A stretch of 63,948 nt of DNA, filler included, from Cercozoa sp. M6MM (taxonomy: Eukaryota > Protista > Endomyxa: Ascetosporea): assembly GCA_040357565.1 (NCBI GenBank). It is 16 parts of 16 records of this genome, joined end to end, with 100 filler letters (N's around TTAATTAATTAA, not from the genome) between each part and the next. Parts side by side here need not be neighbours in the genome. Positions count along the whole stretch, not along the records: positions 25,588 to 27,542 come from JBDODJ010001879.1; positions 27,643 to 35,630 come from JBDODJ010000580.1; positions 35,731 to 41,321 come from JBDODJ010000880.1; 13 more parts are not named here. One strand, given 5' to 3'. Of the stretch, positions 25,488 to 36,913 are shown one piece after another. The notes beneath the pieces were generated by a model. That model was given only the letters and a program-made list of their open reading frames with translations, did no database searches and had not been told where the DNA came from. The stretch's first letter is position 1; every line of letters begins with the position of its first letter. Position numbers and translations under genes: made by a program.

Positions 25488-25645
25488 NNNNNNNNNNNNN
25501 NNNNNNNNNNNNNNNNNNNNNNNNNNNNNNNTTAATTAATTAANNNNNNNNNNNNNNNNNNNNNNNNNNNNNNNNNNNNNNNNNNNNAGGGGGATAAACA
25601 GGGGGGTAAACAGGGGGGTAAACAGGGGGGTAAACAAGAAAACAC

Positions 25646-26832
25646 CTTGAGTCGCAGCGAGGGGAACTCGGCACCGCCGTCGAGGAGCCAGCGCACCAGT
25701 CGCACGAAGACGTCGCTCTCGGGATTGCCGCGCGACTCGACGAACTCGCTCGCCGCACTCTCCGCCGTCTCCGTGCGCGCGTCCGACACCTGCACAAGGG
25801 GGGTAAATAGGGGGGTAAACAGGGGGGTAAACAGGGGGGTAAACAGGGGGGTAAAAACGCAGCCCACGGAGCGCTCGTCGTCGCAGCGAGTCTGAAGCGC
25901 CGTCAGCGCCTGCCGGATCTGACGAATGCCCTATAGCAGAGGATTTTTGCAGGTGGCTACACACTGGCTACACACTGGCTACACACTGGCTACAGGGGTG
26001 GCTACACACTGGCTACACACTGGCTACAGTGGCTACAGGGGTGGCTACCTCTTCGTCGTCCTCGGTCTGACTGAGGACCAGTGCACGTGCGTAGGCCTCC
26101 TTGGCCTCGTCCACTCGCAGCAGTGCCTACGCGGTTATACCCCTGTTTACCCGCCCGCTGACCCCTTACCCCTCCCCCAACATGGGAGTACCTCTAGAGC
26201 ACGTGCTTGACGGAAGTACGCACGTGGCCACTGCGGCTCCAGCTGCACGCACTTCTGCACATGGGGAGGGAGTCAGGGGTAAGGAGGTGGAGGTATTAAA
26301 GGGGGGAAGGGGGTCAAGTGGGGGTAAAGGGGGGTTAAACGGAGAAGCACTGCTGCGAGTGGACGAGGCCAAGGAGGCCTANNNNNNNNNNNNNNNNNNN
26401 NNNNNNNNNNNNNNNNNNNNNNNNNNNNNNNNNNNNNNNNNNNNNNNNNNNNNNNNNNNNNNNNNNNNNNNNNNNNNNNNNAGCGACCTCAGCGTCGTCG
26501 AGAGCGTCGTGTGGCGCGCCCAGCAGCAGGTGCACCTGCGACCGGTTGCCGTAGACACGTGCGTTGTTTGGCTCCTGCAGAGTGACCACTCAGTGACCAC
26601 GTGTCCACTTTCAGTCGGTCAGTCAGTCACGTTGCAAGAGGTACCTCAGTCGTGGCACGTGTGTAGTGCCGCAACGCTGCTTGCAGGTCGCCGTTGGCGT
26701 AGGCACTACACATACACACAGATACGTACAGATACATACACTGCCCCCAAGGTGTAGCCACACAAGCTACCGGTCACCGCTTTCCTTGGCCGAGGTTGCC
26801 TTGCGACGTCGTCGCGGACCCTTGCGCCGCAT
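25646..26832 (-). CDS. TPR-repeat protein followed by a probable SET-domain (SETD3/LSMT-type) N-terminus, 3' partial
   Basis: TPRs AYANGDLQAALRHYTRA, EPNNARVYGNRSQVHL, KCVQLEPQWPRAYFRQARAL; then FVRLVRWLLDGGAEFPSLRLK, typical of the start of LSMT-type SET proteins. Confidence 0.65.
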
Positions 26833-27095
26833 CTGCCGATCCACCAAAAACAAACACACAGCACGGTGTGATCTCTGGGAGAAACCCACAAACAACAACA
26901 GGAAATACCACAATACAATACGGTTTTATTGACAGCCCGGCCTGCACCAGCAACACAGGTGGCTGCAACTGTACTCTCTTTGGCCTGTGTCAGTCAGCTC
27001 TCGCGGGGAGCCGGCCCCTTTAATTTTTCCACTTTCAGCTGCCCCCACTTGCCTTTTGGCGTAGGCAGGTGCTGCCGTGTGTTAACACTGTTTAG

Positions 27096-27467
27096 ATGAG
27101 TGAAGATATACTAAAGGACGCCGGGATTGAACGATATGCCGATGTATGATCTCTTTGACGGATTGGACCGTTCGTGTGCAACTTGTTGTTCTAGTGCGTG
27201 CCGGCGATGCTGGACGAAATCATGCGGCGTGAACTACAGGTGAGTTTTTCAGTATCTCGTCATCTCGTTTATCTGTTTGTCGATAGGCACTGCTCCGAGA
27301 CGCGTGTGACTTCGCGAGACACGCCAAACGAAACGTACGCAGTAGCCAGTTAGAGGCTGTCAGTTCCCTCTTTGTACATTGGACCTGCAGGAGCCCGACG
27401 AGTCGGACGTGGCACTCTCGCAGCAAGACTTCCTGCAGCGAATCGACGACCTGTCTGCCCCCCTGGC
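27096..27467 (+). CDS. TAF9: TFIID subunit TAF9 (histone fold), partial; an upstream exon is possible
   Basis: ILKDAGIERYAD|CVPAMLDEIMRRELQ|ALLRDACDFARHAKRN|EPDESDVAL aligns with the TAF9 pattern ILKDMGI..YE..V...L......IL.DA..Y..HAK....D.DDV.L. Confidence 0.75.
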
Positions 27468-27642
27468 GTGCGCCCCCCCCCCCCCCCCCCCAGGGTAAGC
27501 TGATACACTCTTATCCAATCTTCAGGAGGAATTGCAAACAATNNNNNNNNNNNNNNNNNNNNNNNNNNNNNNNNNNNNNNNNNNNNTTAATTAATTAANN
27601 NNNNNNNNNNNNNNNNNNNNNNNNNNNNNNNNNNNNNNNNNN

Positions 27643-27900
27643 TCCTATTTACCCACCTTTTTACCTATCTTTTTACCCACCTATTTAATCCCTTTTTACC
27701 TACCTTTTTACCCATCTATTTACCCACTTTTTACCTACTTTTACCCACCTTTTTACCCACCTATTTACCCACCTTTTTACCTACCTGTTTACCCACCTTT
27801 TTACCCACCTTTTTACCTACCTATTTACCCACCTATTTACCCACCTGTTTACCTACCTTTTTACCTACCTATTTACCCACCTATTTACCCACCCATTTAC
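27643..27900 (+). repeat. Intronic TTTACCCACC(T) minisatellite
   Basis: Seen directly upstream of the first visible PRP4 exon. Confidence 0.95.
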
Positions 27901-27943
27901 TTCCTGTTTTGGGGGGCCGCCCCCCCCCCCCCCCCCGCCGCAG

Positions 27944-28301
27944 GTGTGCGGGAGATGGAGTTGCTGCGCAAGTTCGCCAAGATGGACCCGGACGGACGGC
28001 ACCACGTGGTGCGACTGCTCGGCGAGTTCGAGCACAAGAAGCACCTGTGTCTCGTGTTCGAACCAATGTGCGCTTCCTTCCCTGTCTTGTCTTGCCTTGC
28101 CTTGTCTTGCCTTGCCTTGCCTTGCCTTGTCTTGCCTTGCCTTGCCTTGCCTTACTTCCCTTCCCCTCCTGACTGTCCTTCCTCTGTGCACTGCTGCTGC
28201 TGCTGTAGGGACTGCAACCTACGTCAGTTGCTGGACAAACTGGGCGGCCAGGGTCTCAATTTGCGTGCTGTGCAGGAGTATGCCAGGTGGGTCTATCTAC
28301 G

Positions 28302-28332
<31 letters not shown>

Positions 28333-28463
28333 CTTTATGTATATATCTTAATCATATAAGGTAGATAGAGGGTATATGTATGCTCAGACAACTGCTGCTG
28401 GCACTGCGCTTCCTGGCCAAGATGCGAATCAAGCACTGCGATTTCAAGCCGGATAACATTCTG

Positions 28464-28512
<49 letters not shown>

Positions 28513-28522
28513 NNNNNNNNNN

Positions 28523-28572
<50 letters not shown>

Positions 28573-29447
28573 TGTGCACATGTGCAGGTGAACCGAAACC
28601 GTACGGCAGTCAAGGTGTGTGATCTGGGTACAGCTGTGCCTGCCGACGCTGTCACTGGTAGGCCTTATCCTGCCCCCTCGCCCCTCCCCCTCCCTCCCCA
28701 GCGATGTACCTGTGTGGGGTCTATAGGACCCGAGGTGGTGGCTCGCTTCTACCGTGCCCCTGAGATCATGCTGGGCCTGCCGTCGAACTCGCAGCTGGAC
28801 ATGTGGTCGCTGGGTTGCGTGCTGTTCGAACTGTACACGGGCAAGTTCCTCTTCGAAGGCAAGGACAACAACGAGCAGTTGCGCCGCTTCATCGAAGTCA
28901 AGGGCACCTTCCCGGTCAAGCTGCTGCGCATGGCTGGGCCCATGCTGCTTAAGGTATCGACACCTAGCCTTCCCTGTACGTAGCCTTCTGCTTTTACCCC
29001 CCCCCCCCCCCCCTCTGGACAGGAGCACTTCAACACGGCCACGATGACGTATGAGCAGAACGTGTACGACAGTGTCACTGGGCAGTTCATGAAGCGTGCC
29101 TTTCATCCGACACGACCGACGCGCTCGTTGCTGCACCTGCTGCAGCCTGAGGGCCTGGGACACATGTACCCTTCTTTCCTTCCTTCCTTCCTTCTCTTCC
29201 TTCCCTTCCTTCCCTTCCTGCTCAAGCCTGGATTAAATGTGCCACTTGGCAGGGCACCGTCGGATCGACGTAAGCTCACGGAACTCGCCGATCTCCTGGA
29301 ACGCATGCTGGTACAAGATACTTTCTCAGCCCTCCATCTCGTGTGTCATTAGACTCTGTGGCCGTGTGTGAGCAGGTGCTGGACCCGGCGAAGCGAACCA
29401 CACCCTCGGCGGCTCTCAAACACCCCTTTATCGCGCGTGAGTACTAA
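27944..29447 (+). CDS. PRPF4B: PRP4-family (CMGC/DYRK group) splicing kinase, 5' partial
   Basis: DPDGRHHVVRL...KKHLCLVFEPM, NLRQLL.KLG..GLNLRAVQEYARQL, HCDFKPDNILV, KVCDLGTA, ARFYRAPEIMLG, ELYTGKFLFEGKDNNEQL, LDPAKRTTPSAALKHPFI. Stop at 29445-29447. Confidence 0.85.
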
Positions 29448-29637
29448 AGTTAGGTTTCCCATTTTATCGGATCAAAAGTGTCAGCTAAAGTATCGGTCTA
29501 ACTCGCTATGTAACTTGCTCTGCGTGCATCTGATGGATCATGACGCAGGTTGGTCAGTTAGTCGTCTGCGGCATCAACGCTGGCCCAGCTAGGGAGTGAA
29601 GAATCGGGCATGCCGCAGATAGCGCGCGACGTTGAAC

Positions 29638-30874
29638 TTACGCGCTGCGTTGTCTGTCCAAACAAGCAGCAAGATACTCAGCGCGTGTGCGGTTTGAAGA
29701 AGCAAAGGAGAGGAAGTACTGGTTGTAGGCGTCGAGCTGCTTATCGAGCTCCTCGAGGCTCACCGACGGCGACGCCTTGCGCGCCGGGCGCGCCGGCTTC
29801 TTCTTGTTGTTGACCGGCTTCTTGGTCGGCTTGGGCTTGGGCGGCGCCATCTTCTTCACCATCGGCTGCTTGACGACCTTGGCCATCTGGATGGTGCGGC
29901 CGCCGATGCTGTCGAGACGCACGGCGACGCCCTCGATGGTGACCTCCTTGAACTGCGCAAGCGCCTTCTCGGCGTCGCGTGTCGTCTTGTACTCGAGCAG
30001 GCCCATGTTGATGGAAGCGCCCTTGCCGTCGCGCAGCCTGTGGTCACAGAGAGGGACTCTTTTAAGAGGCACAAGACACAAGACACAGCAGGGCACAGGC
30101 TCGCGTGTTACAGGATCGAGCGCTGCAGGTGCAGACCGCCGTGGCTGAAGATCGTGCGCATGTCGTCGTCCGTCATGCGCCTACATAAAAGCACGTTACA
30201 CCCACACACACATGCACACACACACACACATGCACACACGGAGCAGAGCAGAAGCTACTTGGGCAGGTTGGACACGATGATCTTCTTGGACGGCACTCGG
30301 ACCGTCTAGACACAGAGCAGTACAAAGAATCAACACACACACCGCAATAGCTAGGTTTACCTCGGTCACCTTGCGAACAGCAGGCTTGGGCTACGGAGAC
30401 ACAAACACACAGAAATCCGGGGAGGCTCTTCGACCTGCTAGCAGCTTGTGTTCCAGTTCAGCCACGTTCATCTTGAGTCTCAAGTCGACTCACAACATGC
30501 CTCAACTCAAACATGCCTCAACTCAAACTCAACTCAAACTCTCAGCTATCGCGCCTCAGCCCAAAAGGGGAGAAAGAGCGGGAGAGAGAGGAGCAAGAAA
30601 GAGAAGCGAGCAGAGAGGGAGAGAGAGAGAGGCATTGCGCAAGTGAGCGAGCGAATTGAAAGAGTGTTGCTTGTTGCTGCTGAGTGCAGGTTGACTGTGT
30701 TGTCAGCTGCTGGTGGCATACCTTGGCGAACGTCTTCTTCTGCGCGCGCTTCTTGGGCGCCTGGGACTGCTTGACCTTGCGCGTGGCCGTGCGCTTCTGT
30801 CGCTGCTCCTTCATCACGTCATCAAGCGACTTGCCGAGCAGCTCGCTCTTGTTGCTGACACTTGACGTGGACAT
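29638..30874 (-). CDS. ALYREF: ALY/REF (THOC4/Yra1) mRNA export adaptor
   Basis: N-box KSLDDVMK, one RRM (KIIVSNLP...GLLEYKTTRDAEKALAQF) and C-box SLEELDKQLDAY. Confidence 0.85.
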
Positions 30875-31373
30875 TTTCTGGTCTTGACGAACTGTGGGGG
30901 TCACACACTTCGTACACGCAAATTGCACCTATCAGCACCAAAACCCACAGATAATCAGTCACACACCACAATGGGGCCTAAAAGACACACCCAGGACGCG
31001 GAAAAATCTGGGACAGAAAACACAAAAAATGAAAGCCACAAAAACCCAGGTCCTGCCACTCACTGAGACTAATACGACCTACCTGAACAATTCTGTCGCA
31101 CGCACGCCTCTGAAATACGCGTCTGCGACTGCAAAGACACCGTTCCAGAAGTCGGAGTGCTGGACACAAATTTAAAATAAATCGGTCCGCGCGCACCAGA
31201 TACAAATGTACCTGACACCGCATGATGTTCAGTACTCATTCATGTGGCCTGGTGTCGAGCGAGTACTTCGGCGCTGTGTTGTAATATTGTAATATTGTAC
31301 TACGTCTTCCGCGTACAACGTACAACGGATTGGGGACGGCTTTTGTGTCTGGGTTAGTTGTCCAAGTAGTAGT

Positions 31374-33328
31374 TCACAGTTCAGAGTGCGATGGTTCACA
31401 CACTTCGTACACATCGACAGCGTTGCCAAGTTGGCACAGTGCTTCGGTGACATAATCGGCAAAGATTCCGGTCGGCATGCGCAGCTCGAGTGGTGCGGCG
31501 TTGCTTTTCGCCTAAGCGTTCCTCGTACAATGTAGACCCCGAGTAGAAATGAAAAGCGAGAGATTGGTTACTGGAAACAAGAGCGCACGGGGTCGCGAAG
31601 TATGCGAAATGTCGACAATTTCGTCGAGGCCAGTGTCCACAAAAGCCACTCTCACGTTTCTGTGTCAAAGTCATGCGGATGAGTGAGGGCCAGCACTCCG
31701 ACTTCTCACGTTTCTGTGTCATGAAGCATGCGGATGAGTGAGGGCCAGGTACCTGTTCGAGTCGAATTGTTTGTTGAGCTTTCGCCATTCAAAGAGCGCA
31801 GAGTGGCACTCGCCCTTGAATTCGCCGTACACCAAGCCGTGCCGGTCACACAAAAGCACAAGTCGGTCCTTGTTGGAGTGCGCCTCGTGCCACGATGTCC
31901 ACTGCGCCGCAGAAATGCCGTATTCTACGAAAGGCAGCTTCGACTCTTCTTCGCCCTGGTTGTTGTCGTTGTCAGCATCTTCGGGACCACTCGGTTCACT
32001 GGAGTCAGTGGTGTGTTGCTGTGACGGCGCCCACTCGGCCAGCTTAGCAGAGTCTTTGATACGCCACCGCTTGTTGCCGACCGACACAAAGATTTTGTCT
32101 TTAGGCTTCACGCGGAGACTGTGTGTAAACTTACGTGTCGATAATACAAAAACCGTGGCACAATGTCAAGTTTACAAACGCAAGTGCATCAAATGCGCTC
32201 CATCTTGACGGTATGCGAAAACGGAGACGAACTTGTGCGACCATTTCGCGGAGATCTCTTGCGCCTGCAGCAATTTTACTTTAGTATGTGAACAAGTTAA
32301 ACATTTGCTTTTTTCAACCCTCTCGAAGTCTTCTTCGCCGTCTATGACAAAGGTCAACAGAGGTTTCGTCTGGTGCTTGTAGCTCAACTCATTCAAAGCT
32401 ATTTCACGTTAACACACAAAAATCATAATTACATCACAAAAAAGCGGGCGATAAAAATTCTTGAAATATACGAGTGATGCGTCCAAGTGAAGGCTTTGCT
32501 GCCTGCAAGATGTCGAGCGCCGCTTCTCGCGCAGGCTTCTGCAGTGTCTCTGCCGGCAACATTGTCATCGTACCTTCGACCTGCACGAGCACGCCTTCTA
32601 GTGCCTTGTTCCTATACCATTCAATCCCAGGGTGAGAAAGGCAGGTCCGCCTGGGACTGTCCAAAGTTTAAAGTATCAGGTTGTACCAAGAGACTGAAAG
32701 CGCAGGATCAAGTTGTCTCAACTCGCGTGCTACGCCTTCGGCACGGTACTGAGCCGCATTCCCAACAATAACGCCGTCACCTTCCTCCGGCGACTGCTCT
32801 GCACATATACGTGTGTAGCATGGGATTATTTAATTGTGAATCCACGGTACCGAACAGTGGGCGAGAGGCGAGACGTGCCCATTCTAGTACCACCACCGGC
32901 GTTTGTGCTATCTCTGGCAAACGCAAAGACACCACTCTGGGGCGCTCTAGTTAAGCGTGAGCATTCATACTGTACGATACCACTGGCACAGGCTAACATG
33001 GCTAAGTGTACCACTCTTAGTGTCAACAAAGAGAAGCAAGGACGGAATGGGAACGCGATGTCGCTGACACAGCTGTTCAAAACTGTCGCAATTCACCGAA
33101 GCGACACCAAGTTCTACAACGGCATTACGGTGTGAGGCATGCTAACCGAACAACAAAGAGTAAACTAACCCTGTTCATTTTGGTTTGCAAGAGTCGCCAG
33201 ACGCGGCAGCAGCCGCGCCAACGAAGTGCAGTCTCTGCCACACACCTCGGAGTTGAACGCCACCGCGGTGACAGACTGCCGTTGCAGACACTCCTTCCAG
33301 TACAGTTCCGTGCTACACCACTGTTATG

Positions 33329-33410
<82 letters not shown>

Positions 33411-33827
33411 CAATGCAAAACGCCGTCTTTCAGACGCAACTCCATATCTAAATTTACATGCTTGTGTTTGTTTGTCTCGGAGTTTCATTCTTTCAATCTT
33501 TAAATAGACAAACCAGACGTAAATTACCAGTCTCAGCAGCTAGCTGCGCGAAGCCTTCCATGTCTTCCAACTGCACCATGTGTGATACAGTGTTTATGCA
33601 ACCAACTGAACCACAGAAAACCGGAAATAAACTGTACATCTGGGATCTCAAAATCGGGATCGTCAACATCAATTTCGGCCCGCGCTGTCGTCCGTTTTAC
33701 CACAGACAATCGCAGGTTGTAAGTTGTACCCTTGAGTTCGAATCTGCAAATCTGGGTGTTTACCTATTTCGAGTGCATTTGATAGCGCAAAAAGCACAGC
33801 TAACAACACCGCACGTTTTAGATACAT
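31374..33827 (-). CDS. Atypical protein disulfide isomerase-like ER protein
   Basis: Signal peptide MYLKRAVLLAVLFALSNA and an acidic stretch. First thioredoxin-like domain VAFNSEVCGRDCTSLARLLPRLA...LGVASVNCDSFEQLCQRHRVPIPSLLLF; last domain CHSALFEWRKLNKQF...VRVAFVDTGLDEI...RPRALLFP; C-terminal HSEL*. Some middle exon junctions are unresolved. Confidence 0.75.
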
Positions 33828-34202
33828 CTCCTCCGTGATCTAAGTCCAAAAATGCTCAAAGCAATCTAGGGCTCATTTTACCAAAATTGAGCGGGATCCG
33901 CGCGGACTTAAACTACCTAGGGTACTGGGGATAAGGAGGTTCTGTCGCAAAGGGACGAACGTTCACCGACGTTGGCGCAGTTCACTTAGCAGTAGCGCGA
34001 GTACACGAGCCCCACGACGCAAAGTTTTCGGCTGACCGTGTTTCTGCAGCGCGAGCTCCCCTGCGTAAACCTCACATCGTAAACCGTCTCGGTAAATTGG
34101 GGCCTCGGGGTTGCACTGGCTCTGTGATCCGAACCGCCTCCATGGGCTCAGACTTGCCTCCCGGCCCCGATTGGGTGTACTATCTGTTTTGAGTCGCTCG
34201 AG

Positions 34203-35610
34203 ATGGTATCTCGTCGCAAGGACTGGTTCCACCGCCACGCCGAATGGTTGACTTACGACAAACATCAGGTTTGCTTTTTTAAACACACGAACTTGCACAA
34301 CAATATTTCTGGCTGACGCGTAATAATTTCAGCCATTCTTCCGCGTGGTGACGTACAACCTACTTGCCGAGGACTACTTTGAGCAGGAGCAGTATCCGGT
34401 ATTACCCACTCGGCGTCAGAGGGGACATCACATCTATACCCGTGCTGTGTTGGCAGAGATGCCGCGGCCACATGTCCACGGCAGAGGGCCGGCGACGCGC
34501 CTTGGAGGCAGAGCTGGCCCACCTGTCGCGTGGCCGACTGCTGCCGCGTCAACGACGCCATAAAAGTAGCGATGATGCTGGGTTCCTGCATGCCGACATT
34601 CTGTGCTTCCAAGAGGACGACGGCTTTGGTCACTGGCTGTCGTTCCTCAATCGTCACCCTGCAGATCACGCGCACCAGGACGTGAAAAAGAAGAAGAAGT
34701 GGCTTGGCCGTTTCTGCAGGCGCCCGAGTCCCGGTTTGTCTGTGTGTTTGGTTTGTGTTATGGTGTGGTACGTCGGAGTGGGCCTGCAGGCAAGCGAGAC
34801 GGCTGCGGCACCTACTGGCGCGCGCGACGCTTTCGTTTAGTGGCACATTTTGAGGTGCATTTTGCCTTGAATCCGTTGCTGCATCAGCGTAAACCAAATG
34901 GTATCCACTATCAAGATCTTGCCTGTGTCGTTGTCTTCCAGCAGTATGACTCTGTGCCGCAGTGGCTTTGATTTTGGTGTTGCAATGCAAACGCACCGGT
35001 AATCTCGTTGTTGTCACCAACACACATCTCTACTTCAACTACAAGGTAGATCGCTACTTAACATTTTTTACATATCTATATTTACACGTGTATGTAAAAT
35101 GTATGTGCACGTATCTTTAGAGAGGCTACGTCAAGCTGAGTCAGCTGCAGATGCTCACGTGTGCCATTGACTGGTCAGTCTCGGCATGGGTGTGTTGCAG
35201 TGCAGTGTTTAACTTTCCTTTTGCTTGTTGCAGGGTGACAAAGTGGCTGCGAGACCCGTCGTTGCAGACGTGTGTTGGTCCTTTGTCTTCCCTAGGTGTA
35301 ATACCCTCAGTTTTGACATGTGATGCAGCGAGAATGACACGGATTTCTCCTTCACGAAAGAGCGCAACATGAACGAAAGACAGCGACTCGAGATTGTCAA
35401 AGTACCCTTCACCCTCTGTCTATGTGTCTGCTTTGTTAGAACTCACACAAGATAACAATTCGGTTCGAGCAGAGTCGGCAGCCTCCACAGGTACCGCAGA
35501 CGCCGACGCAGGTAGCCACGCAGGCTGCTGTGCGAGACGGCACGATGCCTCCCTTCATGCGCTGCTTGTTCGAGGCGTCGGAGGAGGTGCTGCCGCGAGG
35601 TGCTACCGAC
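34203..35610 (+). CDS. Angel/CCR4/nocturnin-like EEP-family phosphatase or nuclease, 3' partial
   Basis: FRVVTYNLLA, ADILCFQE, KRDGCGTYW, VVVTNTHLYFNYK|RGYVKLSQ. Confidence 0.85.
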
Positions 35611-35730
35611 GTGCGTGTTGCACATGTCACNNNNNNNNNNNNNNNNNNNNNNNNNNNNNNNNNNNNNNNNNNNNTTAATTAATTAANNNNNNNNNNNNNN
35701 NNNNNNNNNNNNNNNNNNNNNNNNNNNNNN

Positions 35731-35779
<49 letters not shown>

Positions 35780-35785
35780 TGTACC

Positions 35786-36238
35786 TACTCAGAAAGGCAC
35801 TCGCCGTAGTGTTGGCGTTGAAGGCACGTACTAGCACGCGATCACCGCGCTCCACAAAGCCCAGGGATCCTGCCGAACGTATTTTGTGCTTGTACATAAA
35901 CATGTGTCTGAGGGCATACCATTTTCGAACGCACTCAATGACGCTGCCAACGTTGCCTAGTGAGAAAGAAAATCGCACTATCACACCTTCGCTCTACACT
36001 CAACGATATTCACTCGGATTACCTGTAAAACACCGGTGGCGATGTTGGAAGTGATCACCCCAACCACTATCTGCGATTCATAAGTACCTTCCAACTGGGT
36101 AAAGATACAAAAACAAAAAATCGATGTTACGGTAGAGTTTTCTGCCCTCACAAAGTGTGATAGCAGGGTTATGAGCCAGAGGCTGCACACCTGTGCTCTT
36201 ATAAAATCCCGCAGTCCCATGTGTTCATCTAATCTCAC
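35786..36238 (-). CDS. Hypothetical protein, 3' partial
   Basis: Three exon-like segments: MRLDEHMGLRDFIRAQ, GTYESQIVVGV..., ...GSLGFVERGDRVLVRAFN. Confidence 0.35.
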
Positions 36239-36476
36239 AATGCAGCTTGTGCTGTACAGTCAGAAGATTGAAAAACTGTGTACTGTATTTTTTACACTCG
36301 TTTCGACCGTCCCGGCTCCAGTTCAACTCTTGTAACTAACTTACTGCGCAGAATTATTTAATGCATTTGTACTGTACCGTTCGCGGGTTTCGGTAGGTTT
36401 CATTAGTACATTTAAATTTACACCTCGACTGACTACTTGCGTTGCATTAGACAGTTGAAGTGGATCGCCCTGTCAT

Positions 36477-36913
36477 TCATGACGTTGACGTTGACCTTAC
36501 TCCAGAGATCCGTGGCGAAGTTTGCCCTGCCAAGGTACAGCAAATCGAGTGTATATCTGTTCGGCCAGGGACAGCCGCGTTGATCGTCAGTTGCTTTAAA
36601 TCCAATACCTGTTTATCCGGCTGCATCAAGAAGGTTGTCGCCTGGGTTTTATCTCGAGCTTCGCTCTTTTTCGAGCACATCTGCCAGAAAACATCAATAG
36701 TTAAAGTCAGCCAGTAGTTTCCACATAAGAAGTTTGGAACGTAATTTTACAGCAAACTACCATTTTGCGCTCTTGCTCGATTTGAAGTTGTCTTTGAGCG
36801 TCGCGTTTTAAAGTTTCCGCTTCGGCAGCTTGTTGCACCTCAGCGGACGGCGGTGGGAGGTTTGTGGCGTTAGTTGCCGCAGGCGTTGCGCTTGCCTGCG
36901 TGGTAGCCTGCAC
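36477..36913 (-). CDS. Hypothetical small protein
   Basis: Ala/Gln-rich coiled-coil-like exon (AEVQQAAEAETLKRDAQRQLQIEQERKM) with plausible splice sites. Confidence 0.3.

Noticed and set aside
22768-26048. CRISPR-like arrays in short repeat-spacer patterns
   Set aside because: Units are 6-12 nt with 2-5-nt spacers, they lie inside spliceosomal introns, and no cas genes are present.
31147-31706. MITE defined by a 17-bp inverted repeat
   Set aside because: No target-site duplication is visible and the interval contains the last two PDI exons. A template-switch insertion fits better.
33841-34165. tRNA-like fold (TAAGTCC/GGACTTA stem) and RNase P-like words (GAGGCAAGTCTGAGC, GACAGAACC..CTTAT on the minus strand)
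   Set aside because: There is no T-loop TTCR or 7-nt anticodon loop, the P4 strands do not pair, and there is no room for P2/P3. The region is the PDI/Angel divergent promoter.
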